This document shows positions 12,033 through 23,900 of a stretch of 64,000 bases of DNA, one piece after another. The translations under genes were made by a program, and so were the position numbers. The stretch's first letter is position 1. Each line of letters begins with the position of its first letter. Origin of the DNA: Ancylonema sp. (Eukaryota); contig JBFLGF010000151.1 in NCBI GenBank assembly GCA_050230475.1, forward strand, positions 1 through 64,000. The letters run 5' to 3'. The notes beneath the pieces were generated by a model. It saw nothing but the letters and a program-made list of their open reading frames with translations, did not search any database and had not been told where the DNA came from.

Positions 12033-14076
12033 TTATCCCAAACGTTGCCTTGTCCGCCTGTTGTTTGCATCAGTCCCGTCGAGCTGACTCCAACTAGAAC
12101 CTCGGCCTCGTGCAGGTCCAACCCCTTCGTCACTGCTTGTGCCTGGAGCAACACCGGCTAGGAACCTCAATAATTCGGCTTGCAACGTGGGGCAGACCTG
12201 CGCTAGGTAGTCGAATCCATCTGTTTTCATCACAGCTGAGCGACCACAACAGAGTGTGTCAGAAGTTACACATAGAGGAAGCACTTTCAGTTATATAACT
12301 ACAAGATCACCATATCGTTATTATATATCAAAAATATTAGTGGTGCAAAATAATACCCCACACGAAGCACACCTATGCATCAGTCCCCAATAGTCAAATC
12401 CTACTCTTCCCCTGGCGATGGATGAGGAGATATAAATAATGATGTTATATACAATATAGAACAGCGGTTCCACATCAGCTCCATGCATGGCCTCCTGAGC
12501 AATCCCAGCATTCTGCCCACCTCTCAAATTCTCTGCCGCAAACTGAAGACAAACTTTCTTCAATTGTGCTGCGTGGTGCTGTTCCGCCAGAGCCATAGTC
12601 GTTGACACAGTCTCAACACTCACTTCCTCGCAGAGTTTTGACTCACACATCAGCCTCAACCTGTCCAAACCATATCTGTCAGCCGCAGCGAGCAAGTGCT
12701 GTGCCATGAGGACAGATGCGCCAACCGCTGCTGAACCTGTGACATCTGCTGGCTCTGGCAGCGCCTCTGTGTAGATGAAATGTAACATGGCCTGTGAGGC
12801 AGACAGACAATCCAAACAGGCAGCTCGTCAGCCAGAGCTGGCTGTTGACCAGGTACCATACAAGCCGAGCCCTTCCCCTGATTTTAAATTGAAGAAACAT
12901 GATGCTAACAAGATGCAATCGATTTTGCAAGAATATCGACTCCCAAACGCCATCACTTGCGATGCTGGAGCAGGCGAGCAGCAGGACACAACAGGATCAG
13001 ATGCGAGGACTTCACCTTGAAAACGGGATGTTTCATGTCTTCGATAACCAGCTTCGAATTTGTCGACTTCAACGGCCCAAAAAGTTGAGCCTTGAATACA
13101 GGAGATCGAGCTGCGAGCACTAGCTTATGCGCTTGAAATACCTCCCCATCTACTTCAAATGTCACATCCGTGTCCTCTAAGCTGTCCAGCAACGCTCCGA
13201 AATGAACTCCCATGTCAGGAGGAGGCACTTCGATACTGAACGGCTTAGGACCCTTAGTTGCTTGAACAACAACTCCGACGGTGCACTGGATGGAAAGGCT
13301 GTCACTGCTCAAATAGTCGGAGGTCTCCAACATGGCTCTTCTGAAAAATCGTTTGTAACCCCTGAGACAACGAACACAACAACAGAGAACAAGAACTGTA
13401 AGCAACCTTATTTCGGATTCACCTGCGATTGTTCGCGAGATAAGAGACTGCGTGGAAAAGGCAGTTTCTACTAGTCAAAGCTATGCTTGAATCGCATGAC
13501 CATACCATGCCATGTCATGTGATATCCCTTCACGTCATTGAGACGTTCCAAGGGGTACAGCTCGACAGTATCAACACGAATCGCATGAAAAATCTTGTAC
13601 TGAGAATTCATTTGCGCCCATCCACAAAACTTGGCCGCATCCAAAGTCCGGAACCAGATAGGATATATCACTCACCACATGCTCCCTCTGTATTTCAAAG
13701 TGTATGGTCCACTTTCCAACGACCTGTCGAAGTGGCTATGGACCTTGTGCTTTCCTTTACCGCTCTGATCAAGCAAAGATAACTCAAACAGAGCCCTCAC
13801 ATCCGTTCCCTCACTCGCAAGGGCGATGAAGACGGATACGTACTGAGAGTTATCTTCCGCATTCTTTCCATCCGGATAAAAATATATGGCCCACTGGTAA
13901 CCACCAACTGTGAATGGTTCACTGGCCATGTACTTCCCCACTCCCATCCCTTTCGCTAAGCTATACCCTTCAATATTGAAATGATGTGAAGCGTTGACCG
14001 TCTCAGTAGTATTTTGAGACCTAGTCGGGGCACTTGCACCAAGCCCCTCGATTTTTACAGTCGGCGTCTTAGCCAT
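12033..14076 (-). CDS. BPM: BTB/POZ and MATH domain protein (CUL3 adaptor); exons 13676-14076, 13016-13361, 12521-12791, 12033-12235
   Basis: MATH ([44 protein letters not shown]), BTB ([34 protein letters not shown]). GT-AG introns join in frame. Confidence 0.95.
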
Positions 14077-15199
14077 CGAGTTGACTCACGAAGTACCTTT
14101 CTTTTTTGGATTCAGCAGACCTGCAGTGAATCCCGATGATTTAATAGTTCTATGTATTGTATATCCATACGTGCGATTTTCGTGTGTCGTTGTTCAGGTT
14201 GCCACCCGTGGAAGCAGATACTGATTCTCATGAAGTTGTGATATCTGCAAGTCCCGTCCGTAGGGTTTGCTGTTGCAAAGCTTCAACGAAGGCTAAGCGC
14301 GAGGAAATGATATATGGATTGTTGCCTGTAGTACCGGGCGTCTAGAGACTTACCGGCCGTCCAGGTGTCCACCAACCGCTCGAATTCTAAACGCGTACGG
14401 TAACGTGGTACCGTTCGGAAGGAAATGTAGTAAAAATCCAAGTGATGCACCGCCAAAGTGAGCCAAGGAATCGAACGAATGAAAGTAAAAGTGATGTGCA
14501 TCGTGCAGCGTGTATATTGTGGGAAGGATTTGGACGTCTGATATGCTAATATTGTCCCGTTTTAATCACGGTCAAAGTGTATGCGTTTGAAGTCGTCAAT
14601 TAAATACCCGCACTAGTCAGAAATCAGTCGACTGACCGTGCCATTTGTCAGCGACTAGCCTGACAAATTCAATTTATTACCATTCATGATTGAAGCTTCT
14701 ATCTCATTGAGTGCATTTTGATGGATTAAACCCCGAAAATCTAATGACCTGTCGGAACGCCGTTCAATAGTTTTCCCAGACGTCTTCCAAACCGTTTGGG
14801 TTCCGAACGCGTTCGGAAAAGTTGATAGCAATCCGAGTGGAACTCTGTCATATGGATCACGCTTGCGAAGAGATGCCGGCGTTGGTCGATGCTATTTATT
14901 ACGGTTGACGGCGTCCTGTGAGCCAGTTCTCACGCTGTTCACACGGTCACGTTTCCTTTCGTCAAATTCATTAACGGACAATTATTTGTCTTTCTTTCTC
15001 ACCAATCACCGTACGAAAAGCCTACAGTTTCTAAGACATCAATCCCAATATTTCGTCATAACGCATAATCTGATTGACTGATACAGATGAACGAACAGTC
15101 TAAGGGGCTACCAACCCCTCAAGCACACCCGACACCGGGCAGCACACTGGACACCGGACGGCAGCATAAAAGAGAACCGGACATTCAGAAACGTTAAGA

Positions 15200-15510
15200 G
15201 CGCCCGCGGGGGCGAGCGCACTTCATCGCATGACTCTTTGCGCGATGCGGGTTACCACATCATTCGTGAGCACGCGCATCGCGAGCGCATTGGACTCCTT
15301 CCGTCATTGGCACACGTGGAGGGCGTGTGGACATTGTGATTTCGGATGATGTGGAGGGGCACACCTTGGTCGACATTGTTGTTGCGGACCCTACCTCTTG
15401 TGAATTAGTGGAGCGGGCCACTTGACAAGATCTTGTCGCCGCTACAGATGCGGAGCGCAAGAATGAAATCCGCTGTCGGGATCGCTCAAGTGGGACGAAG
15501 TTTGTGTTCT
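15200..15510 (+). mobile_element. Relic of restriction-like-endonuclease non-LTR retrotransposon (CRE-like)
   Basis: GGERTSSHDSLRDA, then RVDIVISDD..TLVDIVVADPT...AATDAERK; disrupted. Confidence 0.7.
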
Positions 15511-15641
15511 ACACCATCATCCATCTTGGGTTATGGCACTTGTCTGACAATAATCGATCGTGTGCTTACATGGTTATTTATTGGGGTAAATTGGTTAATG
15601 TGCCTACACAATGGAATGGTGTGGGTGCAGATATTTGCGTA

Positions 15642-16638
15642 TGTCGTGCCGTTTAACATCGTGCCTCAGTCACACGTGTAACACATTCGTTATAGCGACC
15701 AGTGTTGTAATGGGTATAAAACACGTGCGAATTATGTGTCATCTCATCACATGGAATGTCGACATATGGAATCATGACCTAGTCGAGGTCCGCTACACAC
15801 ACGTGCACGATAAAAATGAACATTGCACAAACATGAAGCAAGTCTACCACATGTCAAATATTATTTTATAGTCTACCTAAGGCAAGGTGTTGTTGTTGGT
15901 CTAATCGTAGAGTGTTTGAATCTTTTGAGTTGTATAGTTGTATTGCACACCCGATTCACAAAGTTGGAAATGCGAGCCGAACACAAATAATGTACACAAG
16001 GAATGCGGTCAATTACTTGGCGAGTCCCGAGGTGTGATAAGACCGATACAGGTCTGATCACAAATGTTACAAAATGTATAGAACTCAGCTAGTGAATTAT
16101 GCTAGTAACACGGAAGCTGCCGATCCTGCTGTATCGACTCATGGCGCCGACCGATTTAGCTAGCCGACTTACTGGCTAATCCACTCATAGACCAGCACGC
16201 TAGGAAATATATAATTACATATGTCCTATCGTAAATATCTAGAGCTAAGAAGACGTCAAACTGGGTACTATAGTAGTGTTGTTCGCAGCTAGTGGCCAGT
16301 ACCCACATAAGTTACGAAGTGGCCTTTACTGCCTTGTTGCATCCGTGCAACATTACGCTAGCTTACGGCGCCTTTAACGCGGTGTGAATATTGCTGGTCG
16401 CTGACTAAGTAACTTGTACGCTTATTCTACAACCGCATGGTAATGCAGTCCGTCCTTAGTGCCGTTGAATGTGCCGTAGGTAGCGAAACAATCATACTCT
16501 TATGTTGAGTGTGTGTAATGTTAAGTGTGGCGAATATCCGTTGATCCAAGCCCGTCGGCACCCCAATATCAATATAGAGTGCTTAGCTTCGTTCGCCTAA
16601 AGCTGTCTACTCATTGGTCGACGGAATAGTGTCCGACC
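15642..16638 (-). mobile_element. Non-coding A+B derivative (solo-LTR-like) of the DNMT-Gypsy family
   Basis: 15642-15900 is an inverted homologue of 19810-20070. 15870-16638 is colinear with 7260-8193 (TCCCGAGGT..AAGACC; AGTG(T)CCGAC end). No clear TSD. Confidence 0.7.
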
Positions 16639-16664
16639 CGCCAAGTCATGTTCAAGTCATCCTA

Positions 16665-18215
16665 TGTTAGGACCACACTAGTTTGTGTCCCTAACGTACG
16701 ATACTAGTTAAAATACGATATTTAGCCCGATTAGTTTTCCGGCACTGAGTGACCATTTATTCATGGCTCAGTTTTTCAGTTAAATCCTGTCGCTTGGCTA
16801 TTATTCCGTTTCGATAATCATTTCAGTTAACTGGTCGTTTGCTTCGTTCGCTTCACTAGTTACCGTTCTTACACTTGAGTTCCGTCGATCCTCGTTCTCC
16901 ACTCCGTACTTAGTCGTGTTAGGAACGTAGTTATTGCCGTTCCTAACGACTCATGTAAATTGTGCTTCCTTGAGTGCTTTTCCCGACCCCATTTCCTTGC
17001 ATTAAGCTCTACCCCTTACACTTTGTTAAGAACAAAAAAAAATCGTGACTTCTCCCCTCCTTCTCCCCCTTCCTTTCTGTCTCCCCTCCCGGTCTACTGT
17101 GATGGCTGATTTTGATAATGCGGTGGAGGAAGCTCAAAGCCGCGTGGCTCGGCTTGAATCGGAGAACTAGAAATTCAGACTACAATCGGAACAACAAAAC
17201 CAACAATTTCACCATATGACACAATAAAGTCAACAATTGGCAAATGAGGCAAATTTATGGAGAGACCAAGCCAATCGTCAAGGACAATTCTCCCCCCCCC
17301 CCATACCCCTCCCCCTCCTCACTATCCTCCTCCTCTCCACCCCTCGACCTAAAACTTCCCCAACCTCCCACTTTCCCGAGTATACCCTCTGAACTACGCT
17401 CTTTCAAACTACGCCTCTCCCAGTACATCGGTGCCAATTACGATAGATACAACAATATCTAGGATCAGATCCTCTATGCGGGTAGTCTTCCAAATGGCAC
17501 GGCGGGTGAATAGTATGAGTCCCTGGTAGACTGTGACACCTTTCCAATTTCCCCTTCCTACACCTTCGAATCTTTCCTCCAATCGCCCGACGATTTCTTT
17601 GGGGGAGGGGTCAATGTGCAAACTTTGGAGCGCTCCCTCATTAACCTACGCTAGAGCGGTACCGTATCTGAGTTGGCCATTGCTTTTCAATGCATCACAA
17701 ATGATTTTCGCCCAAAGTGGCTTGATCACCCTTTGATGTTTGAATTTTCGCAGAAGTTAAAGGAAATCGTTCGCTTTCCCCCATGGAGATCGATGGCACC
17801 CGAGGAACCCAGGGCCCACTCAACCAAGCGAAGCGCTGCCGACGGTTCGATTCTGGGCTCTGCGCATACCGCGGCAAGCCCGGCCACGTCCTCAACACCT
17901 GCCCCGACCATTTCCAAGCCCGGGGGACCTTCCAGCTTACCCCCGGTTTTTAGGTAGTCCACTAGTCCCAGTTCCCTGGCCCCGGCAATAGTTATCCTTC
18001 TAGGAAATTGATGCTTCTTTGACCCCCCCCTTGCAGCCCTGCCAACTCCGGACCCTTCAAAAAACTCCCGCCCTAACCAATAGGGGCTTGGCTTACCCGA
18101 TTGGCTCCCCATCTCCATCCTGGCGTTCGTCTACTCAGGCGCCTCCGGCACCTACCTGAACGCCTCTGTTCTCGCAACGTAAAAGTTGCAACCCATCCCC
18201 CACCCCCATCCCATC
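16665..18215 (+). mobile_element. Chromovirus 5' LTR (16665-17020) plus degenerate gag and start of protease; truncated
   Basis: TGTTAGGACCAC...CCTTACA LTR; gag from ATG 17102 with stops (LKLPQPPTF, YAGSL, F+Q+LK); AFVYSGASGTYL (degenerate DSGA) at ~18123. Confidence 0.82.
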
Positions 18216-18219
18216 CCTA

Positions 18220-19088
18220 TGGTGCTTTGTATTTGAGTTCGGTTGGCTTACAGCCTATGTGAATTTGATCCATAAGCATTCCGTGTGATTTGATTCCAGT
18301 TATCGATTGATTGAGTATTGCACAATTATACACTTTACAAGCGTCGGGCACTCTACGTCTAGACCGAAGGCACCGCCATGCCATTGGTAGACTTGATAAG
18401 ACCTATCAAGCTTATTGAATTCTGAATTAAGAATTCCACCAAAAAAAATGAGCGTTGTGAATACAAGTAATGAAAAGTAGTACACAGGAGACAAAGGCAA
18501 TGAGGAGCGTGTCTTTATTAAAGATGCACAGATCGGATGGAGGACTCTTCTCAACGACCCCACCAGGTCCCTCCTGAGCGGAATTGCTCAATACGAATCC
18601 CTTGAATCTCTGGGACCAGGGCTAAGCCAAGCTGGACGGCTCCTCGATAATTTCATCGAGAGGTGGGACTGCCGATTTGAGACCAACTGCTACTATGAGG
18701 AGGCTACTATGTGTTAGGACCACTACCTAGAGTCACCACTGCTTCTCTAATGAGTGTGCCCAACCCGCACTTGTGTGCTCTTCGACTAGAGTTCAATTTT
18801 TCTGTTATCGAGTGTGCTCTACTTTATCCTAGTTCTCCCATCAGAGTGTTCATCCTGGTTCATTTCCTAATTTGAGCTATATACTCGATAGGAGCATACT
18901 TTATTGTTGTTCCTATCAATTCATGTACTTGCCACGCATTTATTACTTTCATTCCCATTGAGTGTTGTCATGTGTGTGCTTATCTTTATTCTTAAGCTAT
19001 GACGCTTCTTCCCTCTAGCGTCATAACACTACGAGCGAAGCAAGCGGAGCCTTGCGGCGAACGTACTACAAGTCAAAGGAGGAATAAG
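18220..19088 (+). mobile_element. Second coding-type DNMT-Gypsy family fragment (leader end + gag N-terminus), split by a chromovirus solo LTR
   Basis: YTGDKGNEERVFIKDAQIGWRTLLNDP aligns to YTGDGGNAQRNFIKDAQVGWRAIMNDP at 7223. Leader GCCATGCCATTGGTAGACTTGATAAGACC matches 7250-7285 reversed. Confidence 0.8.
18712..19028 (+). mobile_element. Chromovirus solo LTR
   Basis: TGTTA...TAACA ends; 5-bp TSD CTATG/CTACG; homologous to 1835-2141. Confidence 0.9.
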
Positions 19089-19439
19089 AGAGGGGTTGGT
19101 AGCTAGGGGATTGCTAAGTGAGAAATACATTTGGATATGATGTTTTGGTTTTGTGTAGATGATAATTCATGGTGATGAAAATGAGTGACGATTTGGAGCC
19201 TTTTGTCTCCAATGGGTGCCGATGATAATTCATATGACTGGCTTTATCTATGTTAGATGTGAGATACTATGTTTTTGTAACATTTGGTACATGATTGGAT
19301 CATCATGAAAGTGAGTATATGATGATGATGATGTAGATGAACTTAATATAGAGTGTACACATTGGCATGTATAGTAAGCATGTTGGGATCAAACATGAAC
19401 ATGTTGGCATGTATAGCAATGCAACTGTACGACATGAGA

Positions 19440-20070
19440 AGATCTATCATAGCCATGCATTGTATCTAGTTGCAAAAGTGATGTACACGACGTAGTCACT
19501 AAAATACTTGGCTAAGAATGCAGAAGCAAGTATGCCGGTGTGGCGGCCAGCGAAGCGGCGCCGCAAAAAGATGCTAATCGGATAGGAGCTAGCGACTACA
19601 CATTCTGTAACTTTCGTACTCATACCTCAATAGGTCTTTGTACACCTCGGGAACAACTGCCCAGATTACCACCCAATTCTTTGTGTGATTTGTGTATGAG
19701 TTCGGCTGGCATTTTGACCCGATTACCATTATTTTTTGGACTTTATTACTGAAAATCTGTTAGTGTGTATTACCTTCTCATTTCATTTAAGCATCGGATA
19801 CTTTACATCCAAACCAAGGTCGAAGCCTTGCCCTAGGAAGACTATAAAATATGATTTGGCATGTCGTATACTTGTGTGATGTGTTTGCAATAACTTATGG
19901 TATCACGCACGTGTGTGTAGCGGACCTCTACTAGGTCATGATTCCATGTGTGTACATCCATGTGAAGAGATAGAAAGAAATTCACACGTGTGAAGTGCAT
20001 ATTACGACCAAAATCGTTACAACAAATGAATCGCACGTGAGAATATGACACGATGCTAGATAGCACGACA
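19440..20070 (+). mobile_element. Non-coding A+B derivative of the DNMT-Gypsy family
   Basis: AATACTTGGCTAAGAATGCA, GGTCTTTGTACACCTCGGG and GCCTTGCCCTAGGAAGACT match 7260-7600 reversed; ends GATGCTAGATAGCACGACA. Confidence 0.75.
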
Positions 20071-20590
20071 TATGGTATGGCATTCCGAGCCTCTATGCTG
20101 TCAGACTGTGGTAGAGGTCTCAATAGCGGCGGAGTAATCCTCCTCCACTCACAGGGGTCTCGGAGACTGTAATATTGTACGATTGAGGTACGGAGGGGAA
20201 TCTGGCGCGCGAGTCTAGTCACTGTTGCTTGGGCCCGGTTATAACTTTACTTGATTCTCATTGGAATTTATTGCAAATATCGATTGACGTGAATCACCTT
20301 TTCATTTCATTGAAGTATTGGATATTTTTCATTCCGACCAAGTTCGTTATGACAGTTGAATCGCACGTGAGACTATGACACGATGCTAGATAGCACGACA
20401 TATGGTATTGCATTCCGAGCGTCTATGCTGTGTGTGCTATGATTGTGGTAGAGGTCTCAATAGCGGCGTAGTAATCCTCCTCCAGTCACAGGGGTCTCGG
20501 AGACTGTAATATTGTACGATTGAGGTACGGAGGGGAATCTGGCGCGCGAATTTGAGTCTATTCACTGTTGCTTGGGCCCGGTTATAACTT
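20027..20590. repeat. Direct duplication with ~330-bp period (20027-20248 vs 20357-20590)
   Basis: Near-identical repeated block containing the B-module end and its flank. Confidence 0.85.
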
Positions 20591-20977
20591 CAACAAAAAG
20601 AGTTGGGCCCCAGTCGGGTCCGACATCGACGAAGCGCCTCCAACTGCCAATTCTCGGGCCCACCTGGGGCCCAGTTCATACAGGTTAACCCGACGAGTTG
20701 GGCCCCTAGTTATAACTTCTGCCCTGAATGATCTCAAACATGTTAACATGAGGACAATTTGACCGTCTGAACGTGAAAATAGGTGACAATGTGACACGTG
20801 ACCCGAGCTCGCAATGTCACCAAGGAAGTCACTGATGACTCCCTCATGTCTGACATGTAATCAGATCAGAACCCTGCAAGAGGAAAATCGGAGGTGCTGA
20901 CATACTGACCCCGCCCGTCGGACACGGCCAGACCTTTGCACATAGGAAAGCACCGATCATATCCTGAGCAGGCGATC

Positions 20978-23900
20978 ATGTCTCTGCCCGGTGAGAACAC
21001 GTTTGAAAATATTGAAAAGGAGAGCGAGTATGGATACGTCCGCAAGGTCAGCTGCCGTGAACTCCACCTCTGAATGTCTTACAGCGCCGATGGACCTCTC
21101 CATGGCAACTGGAACACTTTTTCTCGAGAACGTGCCATCTTTTGCCATTTCTGGTCCCAACCGGTTCTCTTCTGGTTCTGGTTCTGGTTCTGGTCCCCGT
21201 TTTAACATTAAGGAGCAAGTAGTGAAGTTGATGTTGAATGGATATGCGTACCTTGTGCATCACAAGAGAGGCATGCAATGCGTATTCAATTCGGAAGACC
21301 GGTCTTGATGAGAAGAACGGATGATGGTTTTGGTAGTTTCAAGCGAGTCTGATTTTTGCATCCTTGTGGTGTCCCGTCACACCGTGTGGCGACGTGGTCT
21401 CTCCAGGTTTCGGGACCCGTGGTTATTGGTGAGGGCATGGGCGGAGCTGCCATGTACGAACTCGTCCGTGTGGGTCACGACAAGCTTATCGGGGAAATCA
21501 TCCGACTTGAGGGAGACTCTGCCACAATTCAGGGTAAGCCTACAACGTTGAGGCCTTGATCGGAAGTCCCAGTCTTCCTGCCCCTCGGCCATCTCTTTGT
21601 CGTGAGTGATAGATTGCTCCTGCGTGGTTAAGATCAGGTAGAGAGACCTCGTCTCGTCAACGACCTCATTATAATGGAAAGCGATAATGCGGGATGATGT
21701 GACCCGTGTTCTTAGAAGTATAGGGGGGGTCAGGCATGGATTCGCTCTCGCACCCTCTGTCAGGGCCACTTCTCTATGGCACACGTGTATCTCTCCATGG
21801 GCTCCAGCTCCGTCGTTGCCAACGGCTCCTTTGTTTGCCTCGCTGGCGCAGTGTACGAGGAAACTGGGGGACTGACTGTGAATGATCCCATTCTGCGAAC
21901 ACACAAGGTATGGGAAGGATCATAAATTTTCACCTGAACCAGTAGAGGTTTCGCAGGAATGAGTAGATAGGAGGATGTCTTTGCCGATTTTTTTGTCTAG
22001 GATGTGAAGTAGGGTCCGTTGGGTTCCTGGAGCCCACCAGGCTTTCAAATCTGAATCGTTCAGGGTCGAGTCTCAAAGTCGAAAAAGTTGTCGTTTAGAG
22101 TGGTTCCAAATTGCGCACAAGCCTGTCCGAATCGAAAGGAAATGTGGTGGGCTTTAGATTTTGTCCATGGCAGAAATGGCATCCATGGATAGCCACATGG
22201 CACAGCTGGGTCTCCCTCTGGATTGGACCCAGACCTCCCCCCCCCCCCTGTCTCTTCTGTCCTTCCGTGTGTCAGCCTCTTTCCTGCGAGCTCGGCCCGG
22301 GCATCCTGAGCAACATCTTCGATGGAATCCAGCGGCCCCTGAAGGCCATTGCGATAGCCTCTGCCAGCGTGTACATCCCCCGCGGGGTGGCTGTGCCGGC
22401 GCTGGACCGCAAAGCCCTGTGGGAGTTCGAACCCACAGGACTGAGTGAGTAACACTGCAGCTGCGCGATGTACTCATTCTTGGTGGCTCGGTAGGGGGTG
22501 TGTGACGCCTGAACCTGGGGGTGGGGGTGGGGGTGGGGTTTGGGGCAGACCTGGGCGACATGCTGTCCGCTGGAGACGTGTACGCGGTACGACCGCCAGC
22601 AGTGGGCCTCCTGTCTCCCCCCTCCTCATTTCTGACGCACAGGATGGGGGTGTGGGGATGGGTCTGAGCAGAAGGTCCAGGAGAACAGTCTGATGACGCA
22701 GAAGATGTGCGCCCCCCCCCGCGCCATGGGCAAGATCTCCTACATTGCGCCCCCAGGGCAGTACACACTCACCGTACGCTGCCATCCAATCAGCCAATGC
22801 GCGTTGTAACCTGCCTCTGTCATCCGTCAAAAGAAGGTCGTGTTTATGGTTGTGGGGTTTGGGTTCAGGACACTGTGCTGGAGCTGGAGCTGAACGGTCA
22901 GACGAAGTCGTACACCATGCTTCAGACGTGGCCCGTGCGCACGCCCCGCCCCGTGGCCANAACATCTTCGACGGAATCCAGCGGCCCCTGAAGGCCATTG
23001 CCATCGCCTCTGCCAGCGTGTACATCCCCCGCGGGGTGGCTGTGCCGGCGCTGGACCGCAAAGCCCTGTGGGAGTTCGAACCCACGGGACTGAGTGAGGA
23101 CCACTGCAGCTGCGCGATGTACTCATTCTCGGTGGAGGGTGTGTGACGCCTGACCCTTGTGAGGGTGGGGTGTGGGGCAGACCTGGGCGACATGTTGTCT
23201 GCTGGAGACGTGTACGCGGTACGACCGCCACCACTGGGCCTCCCCTCTCCCCCCTCCCGCATTCTGACGCACGGGTTGGTGGTGGTGGTGGTGTGGGGGT
23301 GGGTGTGAGCAGAAGGTCCAGGAGAACAGTCTGATGACGCAGAAGATGTGCGCCCCCCCCCCGCGCCATGGGCAAGATCTCCTACATTGCGCCCCCGGGG
23401 CAGTACACACTCACCGTACGCAGCCACCCAATGAGCCAATGCGCCTCGCTCATCCGTCAAAGGAAGGTCGTGTTTACGGTGGTGGGGTTCGGGTTCAGGA
23501 CACTGTGCTGGAGCTGGAGCTGAACGGTCAGACGAAGTCGTACACCATGCTTCAGACGTGGCCCGTGCGCACGCCCCGCCCCGTGGCCAAGAAGCTCTCT
23601 GCGGACACGCCTCTGCTCACGGGGCAGCGCGTGCTGGACGCCCTCTTCCCTTCCGTCCTGGGCGGGACGTGCGCCATCCCGGGAGCGTTCGGGTGCGGCA
23701 AGACAGTCATCTCGCAGTCCCTGTCCAAGTACTCCAACTCCGACGGCGTGATCTACGTGGGGTGCGGGGAGCGCGGCAACGAGATGGCGGAAGTGTTGGC
23801 GGACTTCCCTCAGCTCACCATGACCCTCCCCGACGGCCGCGAGGAGAGCGTGATGAAGCGCACCACTCTGGTGGCCAACACCTCCAACATGCCCGTGGCG

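Noticed and set aside
20071..20090. tRNA-iMet PBS after the B-module end (TATGGTATGGC)
   Set aside because: Only TGGTAT matches, and it is not shared by the other B ends.
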